Virus record (IMG/VR): IMGVR_UViG_3300045988_076321 | Reading direction: 5' to 3' (one strand) | Source: a virus | DNA: 36,548 bases | In this document: piece by piece, positions 17,123 to 23,810 of the stretch | Numbering within the stretch: the stretch's first letter is position 1 | Layout of the letters: each line of letters starts with the position of its first letter | Notes under the pieces: generated by a model | Seen by the model: the letters and a program-made list of their open reading frames with translations, nothing else | Told to the model about the DNA's origin: nothing | Database searches by the model: none | Program-made: the position numbers and the translations under genes

Positions 17123-18650
17123 CAGCAACAGCGACCGCCGGAGTTACGGCAATAACCGTTATTCCGTTTCGAACATCGACAAGTGGCTGAACAGTGCGGC
17201 CGCGTCCTGGTATGCCGCACAGCACGGAGCCGACGCCCCGCCCACGTCCGCGAACTGTTGGAACGGCTATAACCCCTACGACACCGAAGCCGGCTTCCTG
17301 GCGAACTTCGAAGCCGCCTTCCGAAACGCGATCCTGGATTCCACGATCCGCGTCGCGAAGAACACCGTCACCGACGGCGGCGGTTATGAAGACATCGTTC
17401 GACAGGTCTTTTTGCTTTCGAACACGAACGTCGGCCTTTCCAACGAAAACGGCGTGGCCGAAGGTTCCTTGTGGTCCTACTTCAATTCCGCGTCGCGCCG
17501 CCAGTGCTACCCCACGGCGGAAGCCGTCAGCAAGTCCACCTACACCAGTTCCAGCCTGTCCGCTTCTCAATATTGGTGGTGGTGGTTAAGAACCCCGCAC
17601 GCCGGCAACGCGTACTACGCGCGCAATGTCTACACGGACGGCAGTCTGAACAACGGCTACGCGTACAGCGGCCCCGGCGGCGTCCGGCCGGCTTTGTATT
17701 TGGCATCTTCGAATCTGGTATCCGATACAACCGACACAGACGGCGCTTATATCCTTCTGTGGAACCAGCCGCCCACAGCCCCGTCTTCCATTACCTACGG
17801 CACCCCCCAGGCGGGACAGAACCTGACCCTGTCGACCGGCGGATCGACCGATCCGGAGGGCGACGCCATTTCCTACGTCTGGGAACGGAAGGTGGATTCC
17901 GGCGTCTGGACCCAGATCGGGATCACCACCGCGAAGACGATCCAGGACACGGTCCCGTCCAGCGGAACAACCTACTACGCGCGCGTGAAGGCCGTGGACG
18001 CGGTCGGGAATGAATCGGCATATTGCACCGGTTCCGGAAAGGCCATTTCCTACAACACCCCGCCCGTGATCAGCGGTTCCGACCAGAACATGGGCGCGAA
18101 GACCGACCCCTTCACCTACAAATACACCGTCACCGACGCCCAGTCCGCCACCCAGACCATGACCGTGACGGAAACCCTGACCAACGGAACGGAAACCATC
18201 ACCCTTCGCACCTACACGGCCACGGCCGGCGCCCAGAACACCGCCGACCTGTCGTCCGTCTGGATCAGGCTGACCGCGGGGACCCACGTCCTGAAGATCA
18301 CCGCTTCCGACGGCGCCGGTGGAACGGCTGTCCGGAACATCACCTTCAGCCGCACCGTCACCAGGATCGCCGCGGCCCGCGCCTTCAACACCGACGCGAA
18401 GGTCACGAAGGTCTTCGTTTCCCTGTACCCGTCCGACCGTCCGGCCGGTTCCACGCTCCACCTGGAAGTGACGAACAACCCGTTCGACACGAACCCCGTC
18501 TGGGAGGACATCACAGAGAAGGCGAACCGCCTGGTCCACACCTTCGCGAACAGCACCGTCGCAAATGGCTACGGCCTGGGCTATCGGTTCTATCTGCTGA
18601 AGGGAACGGAGGAAATCGAGATCACCCAGGCGACGATCCGTTTCGCCTGA
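16944..18650 (+). CDS. DGR target protein 1: fibre/receptor-binding-like protein with an N-terminal C-type-lectin-fold-like variable domain followed by Ig/FN3-like repeats
   Basis: 568-aa ORF with RBS ggaggga. Contains VR1, which encodes WWWWLRTPHAGNAYYARNVYTDGSLNNGYAYSGPGGVRPALYL. Downstream are beta-rich repeats (PPTAPSSITYGTPQAGQNLTLSTGGSTDPEGDAISYVWERKVD...). Confidence 0.9.
   Translation: MAKSLSALPVGSVVKSANTKYNGQAIRWIVGTQDTSQGRTGLVTEKMITLKCFDAKESGNSNSDRRSYGNNRYSVSNIDKWLNSAAASWYAAQHGADAPPTSANCWNGYNPYDTEAGFLANFEAAFRNAILDSTIRVAKNTVTDGGGYEDIVRQVFLLSNTNVGLSNENGVAEGSLWSYFNSASRRQCYPTAEAVSKSTYTSSSLSASQYWWWWLRTPHAGNAYYARNVYTDGSLNNGYAYSGPGGVRPALYLASSNLVSDTTDTDGAYILLWNQPPTAPSSITYGTPQAGQNLTLSTGGSTDPEGDAISYVWERKVDSGVWTQIGITTAKTIQDTVPSSGTTYYARVKAVDAVGNESAYCTGSGKAISYNTPPVISGSDQNMGAKTDPFTYKYTVTDAQSATQTMTVTETLTNGTETITLRTYTATAGAQNTADLSSVWIRLTAGTHVLKITASDGAGGTAVRNITFSRTVTRIAAARAFNTDAKVTKVFVSLYPSDRPAGSTLHLEVTNNPFDTNPVWEDITEKANRLVHTFANSTVANGYGLGYRFYLLKGTEEIEITQATIRFA
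17592..17696 (+). repeat. DGR variable repeat 1 (VR1)
   Basis: Hand alignment to the TR shows 13 mismatches over 105 nt, all at TR adenines (e.g. AAC to CAC, TAC, GGC, AGC, CCC). Confidence 0.95.
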
Positions 18651-18668
18651 TGAAAGGAGGGAAGCAAA

Positions 18669-19142
18669 ATGTCTTTCAACTCGCACGACTGCGAAACCGT
18701 CAGCATGAAGGAAGCCCAGGAACAGGAAAAGAACAACCCCGTCACCCAGATCGCGGCGGCGGCGTCCATCGCCTTCGTGGTCCTGGCGGAGGGCGGCCAG
18801 ATCGACGACGTCACCGCCACGGAGAACGTCGAGCAGTTCGCCCCCTGGGCCTACCCGATCGCCTACAAAAAGGGCAATATCCGCCGCTACGGTTCCGACC
18901 TGTACCGGTGCAACCAGGACCACACTTCGCAAGCCGACTGGACCCCCGCGGCCGCCGCGTCCCTGTGGTCGAAGATCGGCGACCCGACGGAGGAATGGCC
19001 GGAATGGTCCCAGCCGGTCGGCGCCCATGACGCCTATAACGCCGGCGCGAAGGTGTCCCATAACGGGAAGCACTGGACGTCCGACGTCGCGTCGAACGTC
19101 TGGGAACCTGGCGTCTACGGTTGGACGGAGGTGACGGCATGA
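18669..19142 (+). CDS. Protein with two CBM5/12-like carbohydrate-binding repeats
   Basis: 157 aa with RBS gaaaggaggg. Repeats YKKGNIRRYGSDLYRCNQDHTSQADWTPAAAASLW and YNAGAKVSHNGKHWTSDVASNVWEPGVYGW resemble the chitin-binding CBM5/12 signature. Confidence 0.6.
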   Translation: MSFNSHDCETVSMKEAQEQEKNNPVTQIAAAASIAFVVLAEGGQIDDVTATENVEQFAPWAYPIAYKKGNIRRYGSDLYRCNQDHTSQADWTPAAAASLWSKIGDPTEEWPEWSQPVGAHDAYNAGAKVSHNGKHWTSDVASNVWEPGVYGWTEVTA

Positions 19143-19378
19143 CCGAAGGGATCATCATCGCCGTTCTTTCTATGGTCGGCACGTTGGCCGGTGCCTACCT
19201 GGCGAACCGGAAAAGTTCCGCCCTGATTGCCTATCGCCTGGATAAGCTGGAAGAGAAGGTCGACAAGCATAATTCTGTGATCGAACGGACCTTCAAGCTG
19301 GAAGAACAGGCCGCCCTTATCGAAGAGCGGATCAAGGTCGCGAACCACCGGATCGAAGACCTTGAAAAGGCACAGTAA
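19139..19378 (+). CDS. N-terminally membrane-anchored coiled-coil protein (lysis-module accessory)
   Basis: The ATG overlaps the upstream stop (atga) and RBS ggagg lies 8 nt upstream. One TM segment (GIIIAVLSMVGTLAGAYLA) is followed by a coiled coil (LDKLEEKVDKHNSVIERTFKLEEQAALIEERIKVANHRIEDLEK). Confidence 0.6.
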   Translation: MTEGIIIAVLSMVGTLAGAYLANRKSSALIAYRLDKLEEKVDKHNSVIERTFKLEEQAALIEERIKVANHRIEDLEKAQ

Positions 19379-19619
19379 ACCCCGCCGCAAGTTCTCCAAA
19401 ATCATCGTTTGCACCGTGGGGGCCGTCACGATCGCCGTGACGGTCTTCACCTGTGTCATGGTGTGGAGAACCAGCAACACGGAAGCCCTGGCGTACCTGA
19501 TACCGGCCATCTTCGGGGAAGCCGCCACGGCGACCGGATTCTATTACAGCAAGGCAAAAACTGAAAACAGGATCAAACTTCGCCGGCAATACGGCGACCT
19601 GGTCGACAAGGAGGAATGA
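19362..19619 (+). CDS. Putative small two-TM holin-like protein
   Basis: 85-aa ORF with two hydrophobic segments and a charged C-terminus. It needs a TTG start with a weak RBS, so the start is uncertain. Confidence 0.4.
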   Translation: MKRHSKPRRKFSKIIVCTVGAVTIAVTVFTCVMVWRTSNTEALAYLIPAIFGEAATATGFYYSKAKTENRIKLRRQYGDLVDKEE

Positions 19620-19623
19620 ACCC

Positions 19624-20088
19624 ATGTTTGAAATCATCATCGGAAACCTGATCAAGATCGGCTATGCTATGGCGATCTTCCTGTGTGCCTACCTGGCGAA
19701 CGTCGTGTTCTCCCTGTGGTACAACATCAAGATCAACTGTGAACCCTTCAGCCGCGAAAAGCTGGCGACCGGCGGCCTGAAGGCGCTGACGTTCATCGTC
19801 GGACTGACCCTTCTGTGTATCGCGATCACCACCCTTCCGATCTTCGCGACGGAAGTCGGCTGGACGATTCCTGACGAATACGCGGAACTGTTCGCCGATT
19901 TGATCATCGTCGGCGCGGTCCTTCTGGTCGCCTGTAAGTATATCAAGGAAGCCTTCACAAAGTTCGTCGCGATCCTGAACACGCCGGCGGACACCGTACC
20001 CGCAAAGGAGGAAAAAGAGCATGAGCAACAGCCCGTTAGTGACGTATTCCAGGATCAGCCCGAACCGGACCAGCCCCAGGAATCATAA
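19624..20088 (+). CDS. Phage holin family protein (multi-TM)
   Basis: 154 aa with 3-4 TM segments and an acidic tail, located directly upstream of the endolysin gene and overlapping it by 68 nt. Confidence 0.7.
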   Translation: MFEIIIGNLIKIGYAMAIFLCAYLANVVFSLWYNIKINCEPFSREKLATGGLKALTFIVGLTLLCIAITTLPIFATEVGWTIPDEYAELFADLIIVGAVLLVACKYIKEAFTKFVAILNTPADTVPAKEEKEHEQQPVSDVFQDQPEPDQPQES

Positions 20089-20788
20089 GATCGACACCAT
20101 CACGATTCATTGTATTGTCGGACAATGGACGGCGAAGCAAGGCTGTGACTACTTCGCCACCACCGGCCGCGAGTGTTCCGCGAACTACGTCGTCGGGAAG
20201 GACGGTTCGATCGGCCTGTCCGTGGAGGAACAGGACCGGTCCTGGTGCAGTTCGTCCCGCTCCAACGACCACCGCGCGATCACGATCGAAGTCGCGTCCG
20301 ACACGAAGCACCCCTACAAGGTGACGGACCAGGCCCTGGCCGCCCTGATCGACCTTCTGGTGGATATTTGCCGCCGGAATGGGATCAAGGCCCTTCTGTG
20401 GAAGGGCGACAAGTCCCTGATCGGCCAGGTGGACAAGCAGAACATGACCGTTCACCGGTGGTTCGCGAACAAGGCCTGTCCTGGCGACTATCTCTATAAT
20501 CTCCACCCCCAGATCGCGGCCCAGGTGAACGAACGCCTGGGCGCGGCCGCGCCGGCGGAGCCGGAGAAGAAGCCCAGCCAGACGCCCAGCGGCGCCACCT
20601 TCACCCCCTACCTGGTGCGGATCACGGCGTCCGTCCTGAATATCCGAAAAGGCCCTGGCACGACCTACGCCGTCACCGGCCAGATCAAGGACCGCGGCGT
20701 CTATACCATCGTCGAGCAGAAGGGCAACTGGGGCCGCCTGAAGTCCGGCGCCGGCTGGATCAGCCTGTCCTATACGAAGAAGGTCTGA
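20021..20788 (+). CDS. Endolysin: N-acetylmuramoyl-L-alanine amidase (Amidase_2/PGRP) with a C-terminal SH3-like wall-binding domain
   Basis: MSNSPLVTYSRISPNRTSPRNHKIDTITIHC...HRAITIEVASD... is typical of Amidase_2. The C-terminus ...ASVLNIRKGPGTTYAVTGQIKDRGVYTIVEQKGNWGRLKSGAGWISLSY is SH3_3-like. Confidence 0.9.
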   Translation: MSNSPLVTYSRISPNRTSPRNHKIDTITIHCIVGQWTAKQGCDYFATTGRECSANYVVGKDGSIGLSVEEQDRSWCSSSRSNDHRAITIEVASDTKHPYKVTDQALAALIDLLVDICRRNGIKALLWKGDKSLIGQVDKQNMTVHRWFANKACPGDYLYNLHPQIAAQVNERLGAAAPAEPEKKPSQTPSGATFTPYLVRITASVLNIRKGPGTTYAVTGQIKDRGVYTIVEQKGNWGRLKSGAGWISLSYTKKV

Positions 20789-20790
20789 CG

Positions 20791-21276
20791 ATGGGAATGA
20801 AGCTGGACGGACTGGCGAACTTCGGGAAGGCCCTGGTCGCCCTTCAGGCCGATATACCGGAGATCATGGACAAACTGGTCGTCGGCGAAGGCCGCTTCGC
20901 CCGTGACCAGGCCAGGAAGATTTGCACCGAAGAAAACATCATCAACACCGGCGACTATCGCCGGAACTTCAACAGCAGTTCGAAGGCGATCCGGATCGGG
21001 ACGGCCTACAAGATCGACGTCTTCAACAACCTGGACTATGCGAAGCCCCTGGAATATGGCTTCCGCGGCCACTTCGTCCCTGGACATTGGGACGGGAAGT
21101 CGTTCGTCTACCAGCCGAAGGACCCGCAAGGGGGAATGTTCGTCCATTCCCTGATTCCTGGTCACTACACCCTGGAACGGGCCGTCAACGCCACGAAGCG
21201 CACCCAGAACGCGCGCCTTCAGCGCCGCTTCGAACAGGAACTGAAGAAGCGTGGCTACATGAAGTATTTCAAATAG
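20791..21276 (+). CDS. HK97 gp10-family neck/tail-completion protein (displaced from the neck module)
   Basis: 161 aa. ...INTGDYRRNFN...IDVFNNLDYAKPLEYGFR... matches my recollection of the gp10 family pattern (TG.L..s......YA..vEfG). Confidence 0.6.
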   Translation: MGMKLDGLANFGKALVALQADIPEIMDKLVVGEGRFARDQARKICTEENIINTGDYRRNFNSSSKAIRIGTAYKIDVFNNLDYAKPLEYGFRGHFVPGHWDGKSFVYQPKDPQGGMFVHSLIPGHYTLERAVNATKRTQNARLQRRFEQELKKRGYMKYFK

Positions 21277-21280
21277 AAAG

Positions 21281-21312
21281 ACGCCCAGGGGACGAACCCC
21301 TGGGCGTTTTTT
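21281..21312. terminator. Bidirectional rho-independent terminator
   Basis: acgcccagggg-acgaa-cccctgggcgt is a perfect 11-bp stem, flanked by an A-rich run 5' and tttttt 3'. It lies between convergent genes. Confidence 0.85.
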
Positions 21313-21318
21313 CTTTCT

Positions 21319-21666
21319 TCAGAACATCGCGAGTTTGATCGCCTTGAACCGTGTGTCGTCCAGTTCCAGAAGGGACCGCTTCCCGTCCTTGAACTGAATC
21401 GCCACCACATGAACCCCCTTCGTCTTCGCGGTCGCGGCCGCCACGACGCCCAGGGGACCCAGAAGCAGAGCGCCGGCGGCGCCGCGCGCCACGGCGGAAC
21501 CCATGCTTTTCTGGGAATCTTCGTCCACGACTTCAATCTGGTCAATCGTGGAACTGTCCAGCTTCAGATTTTTCATCAGGCCGACGTTCAAAACCGCCTT
21601 CCCGCCTTGCATAATGACCGCTTTGTGTTTATAGTCGCCTTCCAGGACCCAGTTCTTCGCACCCAT
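21319..21666 (-). CDS. Hypothetical protein with a central Gly/Ala-zipper hydrophobic segment; the only minus-strand gene
   Basis: 115-aa ORF with RBS agggagg 7 nt upstream of its ATG on the minus strand. Hydrophobic core GAAGALLLGPLGVVAAATA. Divergent from the XRE gene. Confidence 0.7.
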   Translation of the reverse strand: MGAKNWVLEGDYKHKAVIMQGGKAVLNVGLMKNLKLDSSTIDQIEVVDEDSQKSMGSAVARGAAGALLLGPLGVVAAATAKTKGVHVVAIQFKDGKRSLLELDDTRFKAIKLAMF

Positions 21667-21699
21667 GCCAGAACCTCCCTTTGATATTTACCCCGAAAT

Positions 21700-21717
21700 T
21701 ATGGGATATTACCATAA
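21700..21717 (+). promoter_or_regulatory. Operator-like repeat copy 1 (tatgggatattaccataa)
   Basis: Exact 18-nt direct repeat of 21752-21769, with a pseudo-palindromic core ATGG-N7-CCAT. It lies in the divergent intergenic region. Confidence 0.6.
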
Positions 21718-21751
21718 GAATATCGGAATCTTATGCTAAAGTCAATTAGAA

Positions 21752-21769
21752 TATGGGATATTACCATAA
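21752..21769 (+). promoter_or_regulatory. Operator-like repeat copy 2 (tatgggatattaccataa)
   Basis: Exact copy 52 nt downstream of copy 1. It overlaps a TAGAAT -10-like hexamer (21747-21752) and sits just upstream of the XRE gene RBS. Confidence 0.6.
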
Positions 21770-21783
21770 CGGGAGGATCAGGC

Positions 21784-22029
21784 GTGAAGAAGTTCGACTA
21801 CAACGGCCGGAAGAATATCTGTGGAAATCGCGTCCGTTGTCTTCGGACGGCGCGACGATGGTCCCAGGCGGCCCTTGCCGCCAAAATGCAGACCCAGGGC
21901 GTAATCATGGAACAGGACGTCGTCAGCAAGATCGAATCCGGCGACCGCCTGGTTACAGACTACGAAGTCCGCGCCTTCGCGGCGGTCTTCGGCGTGGCCT
22001 TTGAAAACCTGATCGAAGACGAAGAATGA
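21784..22029 (+). CDS. XRE-family helix-turn-helix transcriptional regulator (Cro/CI-like)
   Basis: GTG start 8 nt after RBS gggagg. ...GNRVRCLRTARRWSQAALAAKMQTQGVIMEQDVVSKIESGDRLVTDYEVRAFAAVFGV... is the HTH_3 pattern. The upstream in-frame ATG 21733 lacks an RBS and would cover the operator. Confidence 0.8.
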   Translation: MKKFDYNGRKNICGNRVRCLRTARRWSQAALAAKMQTQGVIMEQDVVSKIESGDRLVTDYEVRAFAAVFGVAFENLIEDEE

Positions 22030-22067
22030 ACGGCCTTCCGGATCAGAACCGGAGGGCCGTTTTTTTC
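22030..22067 (+). terminator. Rho-independent terminator
   Basis: acggccttccgg-atcagaa-ccggagggccgt forms a 12-bp stem followed by ttttttt. Confidence 0.85.
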
Positions 22068-22070
22068 TGC

Positions 22071-22099
22071 TTGACAATATACTACCGGTAGTATATAAT
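22071..22099 (+). promoter_or_regulatory. Consensus sigma-70/SigA-type promoter (TTGACA-17 nt-TATAAT)
   Basis: TTGACA at 22071-22076 and TATAAT at 22094-22099 with an exact 17-nt spacer, about 27 nt upstream of the RHH gene. Confidence 0.75.
22077..22096. promoter_or_regulatory. Perfect 20-bp palindromic operator (ATATACTACCGGTAGTATAT) inside the promoter spacer
   Basis: The reverse complement of ATATACTACC is GGTAGTATAT. The palindrome spans the whole spacer and the first 3 nt of the -10 hexamer. Confidence 0.7.
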
Positions 22100-22125
22100 A
22101 AGCACCAGAAGGAAGGTGATTCACA

Positions 22126-22308
22126 ATGTCAAAGGCGCAGACAGCCGCAAACAAACGCTATAACCTGAAGGCGTATGACAGAATTGAAATAACGGTCCCG
22201 AAGGGAAACAGGGAGATCATCGCCCAGGCCGCGGCGGCGGCCGGAATGAGCGTGAACGCCTTTATCAAGGAAGCGATCGAAGCACAGATCGCAAAGCAGA
22301 GCGCGTGA
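22126..22308 (+). CDS. Ribbon-helix-helix (Arc/CopG/MetJ-like) DNA-binding protein
   Basis: 60 aa with RBS ggaaggtg. ...KAYDRIEITVPKGNREIIAQAAAAAGMSVNAFIKEAIEAQI... shows a beta-strand, helix, helix pattern. Confidence 0.7.
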   Translation: MSKAQTAANKRYNLKAYDRIEITVPKGNREIIAQAAAAAGMSVNAFIKEAIEAQIAKQSA

Positions 22309-22313
22309 ACGCG

Positions 22314-22349
22314 AAGGCCCTGTCCGAAAGGACGGGGCCTTTTATTTTA
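22314..22349 (+). terminator. Rho-independent terminator between the RHH gene and the transposase gene
   Basis: aaggccctgtcc-gaaa-ggacggggcctt forms a 12-bp stem followed by ttattttat. Confidence 0.75.
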
Positions 22350-22369
22350 TACCGAACGGAGGAAACACC

Positions 22370-23416
22370 ATGAAACGTCGCAGATTCAAGCAACTGACCA
22401 GAGCGGATCGCCTGAATATCGAAAAGTATCTTCGCCAGGGTATGACGAAACAGGCCGTCGCCGACGCCCTGGGCGTCAGCCTTCGAACGGTATATTATGA
22501 ACTGAAGCGCGGCCAGTATATCCACACCAATTCCGACCTTACGGAGGAAGTCCGTTATAGCTGTGACGTCGCCGAATCAGTCAAGAAGTACAACGGCACG
22601 AACAAAGGCCCACAGTTAAAGATCGGCAACGACCACGAACTGGCGGCCTACATTGAACGGCGGATCGTGGAAGACGGCTATTCGCCGGCGGCGGTCCTTG
22701 GAGAAATCCGCGTCAAGGGAATGAAGTTCAAGACGTCGATCTGTAAGTCGACACTGTATTCCTATATCCGGAAGGGCGTCTTCCTGACCCTTGAAATGCG
22801 CGACCTTCCCCGTCACGGTAAGAACAAGCGCGGCTACACCCGCACCCACAAGAAGGGCGCCAGGGCGTCCGCCGGAACCAGCATTGAACACCGGCCGGAG
22901 GAAGTGAACGCCAGGACGACCGTCGGTCATTGGGAAATGGACTCCGTCCTGGGAAAGAAGAAGACGAAGCCGGCCCTTCTGGTCCTGTCTGAACGACTGT
23001 CCAGGAAGGAACTGATCATCAAGGTCCAGGATCACACCGCCGCCAGCGTAGTTCGCGCCCTGGACCGCCTGGAACGGAAGATGGGATCGCCGGCCTTCCG
23101 TGCCACCTTCAAGTCGATAACCGTCGACAATGGTTCCGAGTTTGCCGACGTCGACGGCATGGAACGAAGCTGTCGCCGAAAGGGGCCGCGGACGAAGGTC
23201 TATTACTGCCACCCCTATTCTTCCTGGGAACGCGGGACCAACGAAAACACGAACGGCCTGATCCGCCGCTGGTTCCCGAAGGGGACAGACTTCAGCAAAG
23301 TCAGCGTCCAGGAAATCCAGAAGGTCGAAGACTGGCTGAACGCCTATCCCCGCGAAATCCTGGGCTTCCTATCTGCTGACGCGGTCTTCTCCACCGCCTT
23401 CGCGGCCTGTGTCTGA
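22370..23416 (+). CDS. IS30-family DDE transposase/recombinase
   Basis: 348 aa. It has an N-terminal HTH (RADRLNIEKYLRQGMTKQAVADALGVSLRTVYYELKRG) and DDE region motifs HWEMDSV, TVDNGSEF and SSWERGTNENTNGLIRRWFPKGTDF. No flanking inverted repeats could be identified by eye. Confidence 0.9.
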   Translation: MKRRRFKQLTRADRLNIEKYLRQGMTKQAVADALGVSLRTVYYELKRGQYIHTNSDLTEEVRYSCDVAESVKKYNGTNKGPQLKIGNDHELAAYIERRIVEDGYSPAAVLGEIRVKGMKFKTSICKSTLYSYIRKGVFLTLEMRDLPRHGKNKRGYTRTHKKGARASAGTSIEHRPEEVNARTTVGHWEMDSVLGKKKTKPALLVLSERLSRKELIIKVQDHTAASVVRALDRLERKMGSPAFRATFKSITVDNGSEFADVDGMERSCRRKGPRTKVYYCHPYSSWERGTNENTNGLIRRWFPKGTDFSKVSVQEIQKVEDWLNAYPREILGFLSADAVFSTAFAACV

Positions 23417-23445
23417 AACTTTTTTATCTTTTTTGCAAAAATATG

Positions 23446-23474
23446 TTGACTTTTGCGCAGCCCCCGTGTATAGT
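23446..23474 (+). promoter_or_regulatory. Putative early-operon promoter (TTGACT-17 nt-TATAGT)
   Basis: TTGACT at 23446-23451 and TATAGT at 23469-23474 in an AT-rich 133-nt gap. A TTTTGCAAAA palindrome lies at 23431-23440 just upstream. Confidence 0.5.
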
Positions 23475-23549
23475 GTAATTGCATTAAGTCGACAGGCTTT
23501 TTGCAGTTACACTTTTTTTATTTTCTCCCAGAGAAAGGACGGTGAAAAC

Positions 23550-23810
23550 GTGGCTGAATGTTACAAAACGATCGAATATCCGGACCGAAAGGCGATCGCG
23601 GCCCTTTACGCCGCCGGCGCGAAGGCCGGACAGATTGCGAAGGAAATCGGCGTCGCCCCCCGCACCATCTACGCCGAACTGAAGCGCGGCCGCGAAGGGG
23701 ACAAGCTGGACAAGAACTTCCGGCCGTCCTACGACGCAGACCTGGCCCAGAAGCGCGCCCAGGAAAGCCTTCGCCGACGCGGCCGGAGGAAAGGAGGGCC
23801 GGCAGAATGA
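23550..23810 (+). CDS. Small HTH protein resembling the N-terminal DNA-binding domain of IS30 transposases
   Basis: GTG start after RBS gaaaggacgg. PDRKAIAALYAAGAKAGQIAKEIGVAPRTIYAELKRGRE parallels the transposase segment RADRLNIEKYLRQGMTKQAVADALGVSLRTVYYELKRGQ. Confidence 0.6.
   Translation: MAECYKTIEYPDRKAIAALYAAGAKAGQIAKEIGVAPRTIYAELKRGREGDKLDKNFRPSYDADLAQKRAQESLRRRGRRKGGPAE

Noticed and set aside
19139-19378. Considered calling this ORF haemolysin XhlA because it sits in a PBSX-like lysis module.
   Set aside because: XhlA-family proteins, as I recall them, have an N-terminal coiled coil and a C-terminal TM anchor. This protein has the opposite topology, so I kept a generic description.
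22309-23549. Searched the flanks of the IS30-type transposase gene for terminal inverted repeats and target-site duplications, to call a discrete mobile element.
   Set aside because: I found only T-rich low-complexity similarity (ttttatttt) in direct orientation. The left flank is fully occupied by a terminator hairpin. I therefore annotated only the CDS and left the IS-versus-integrase question open.
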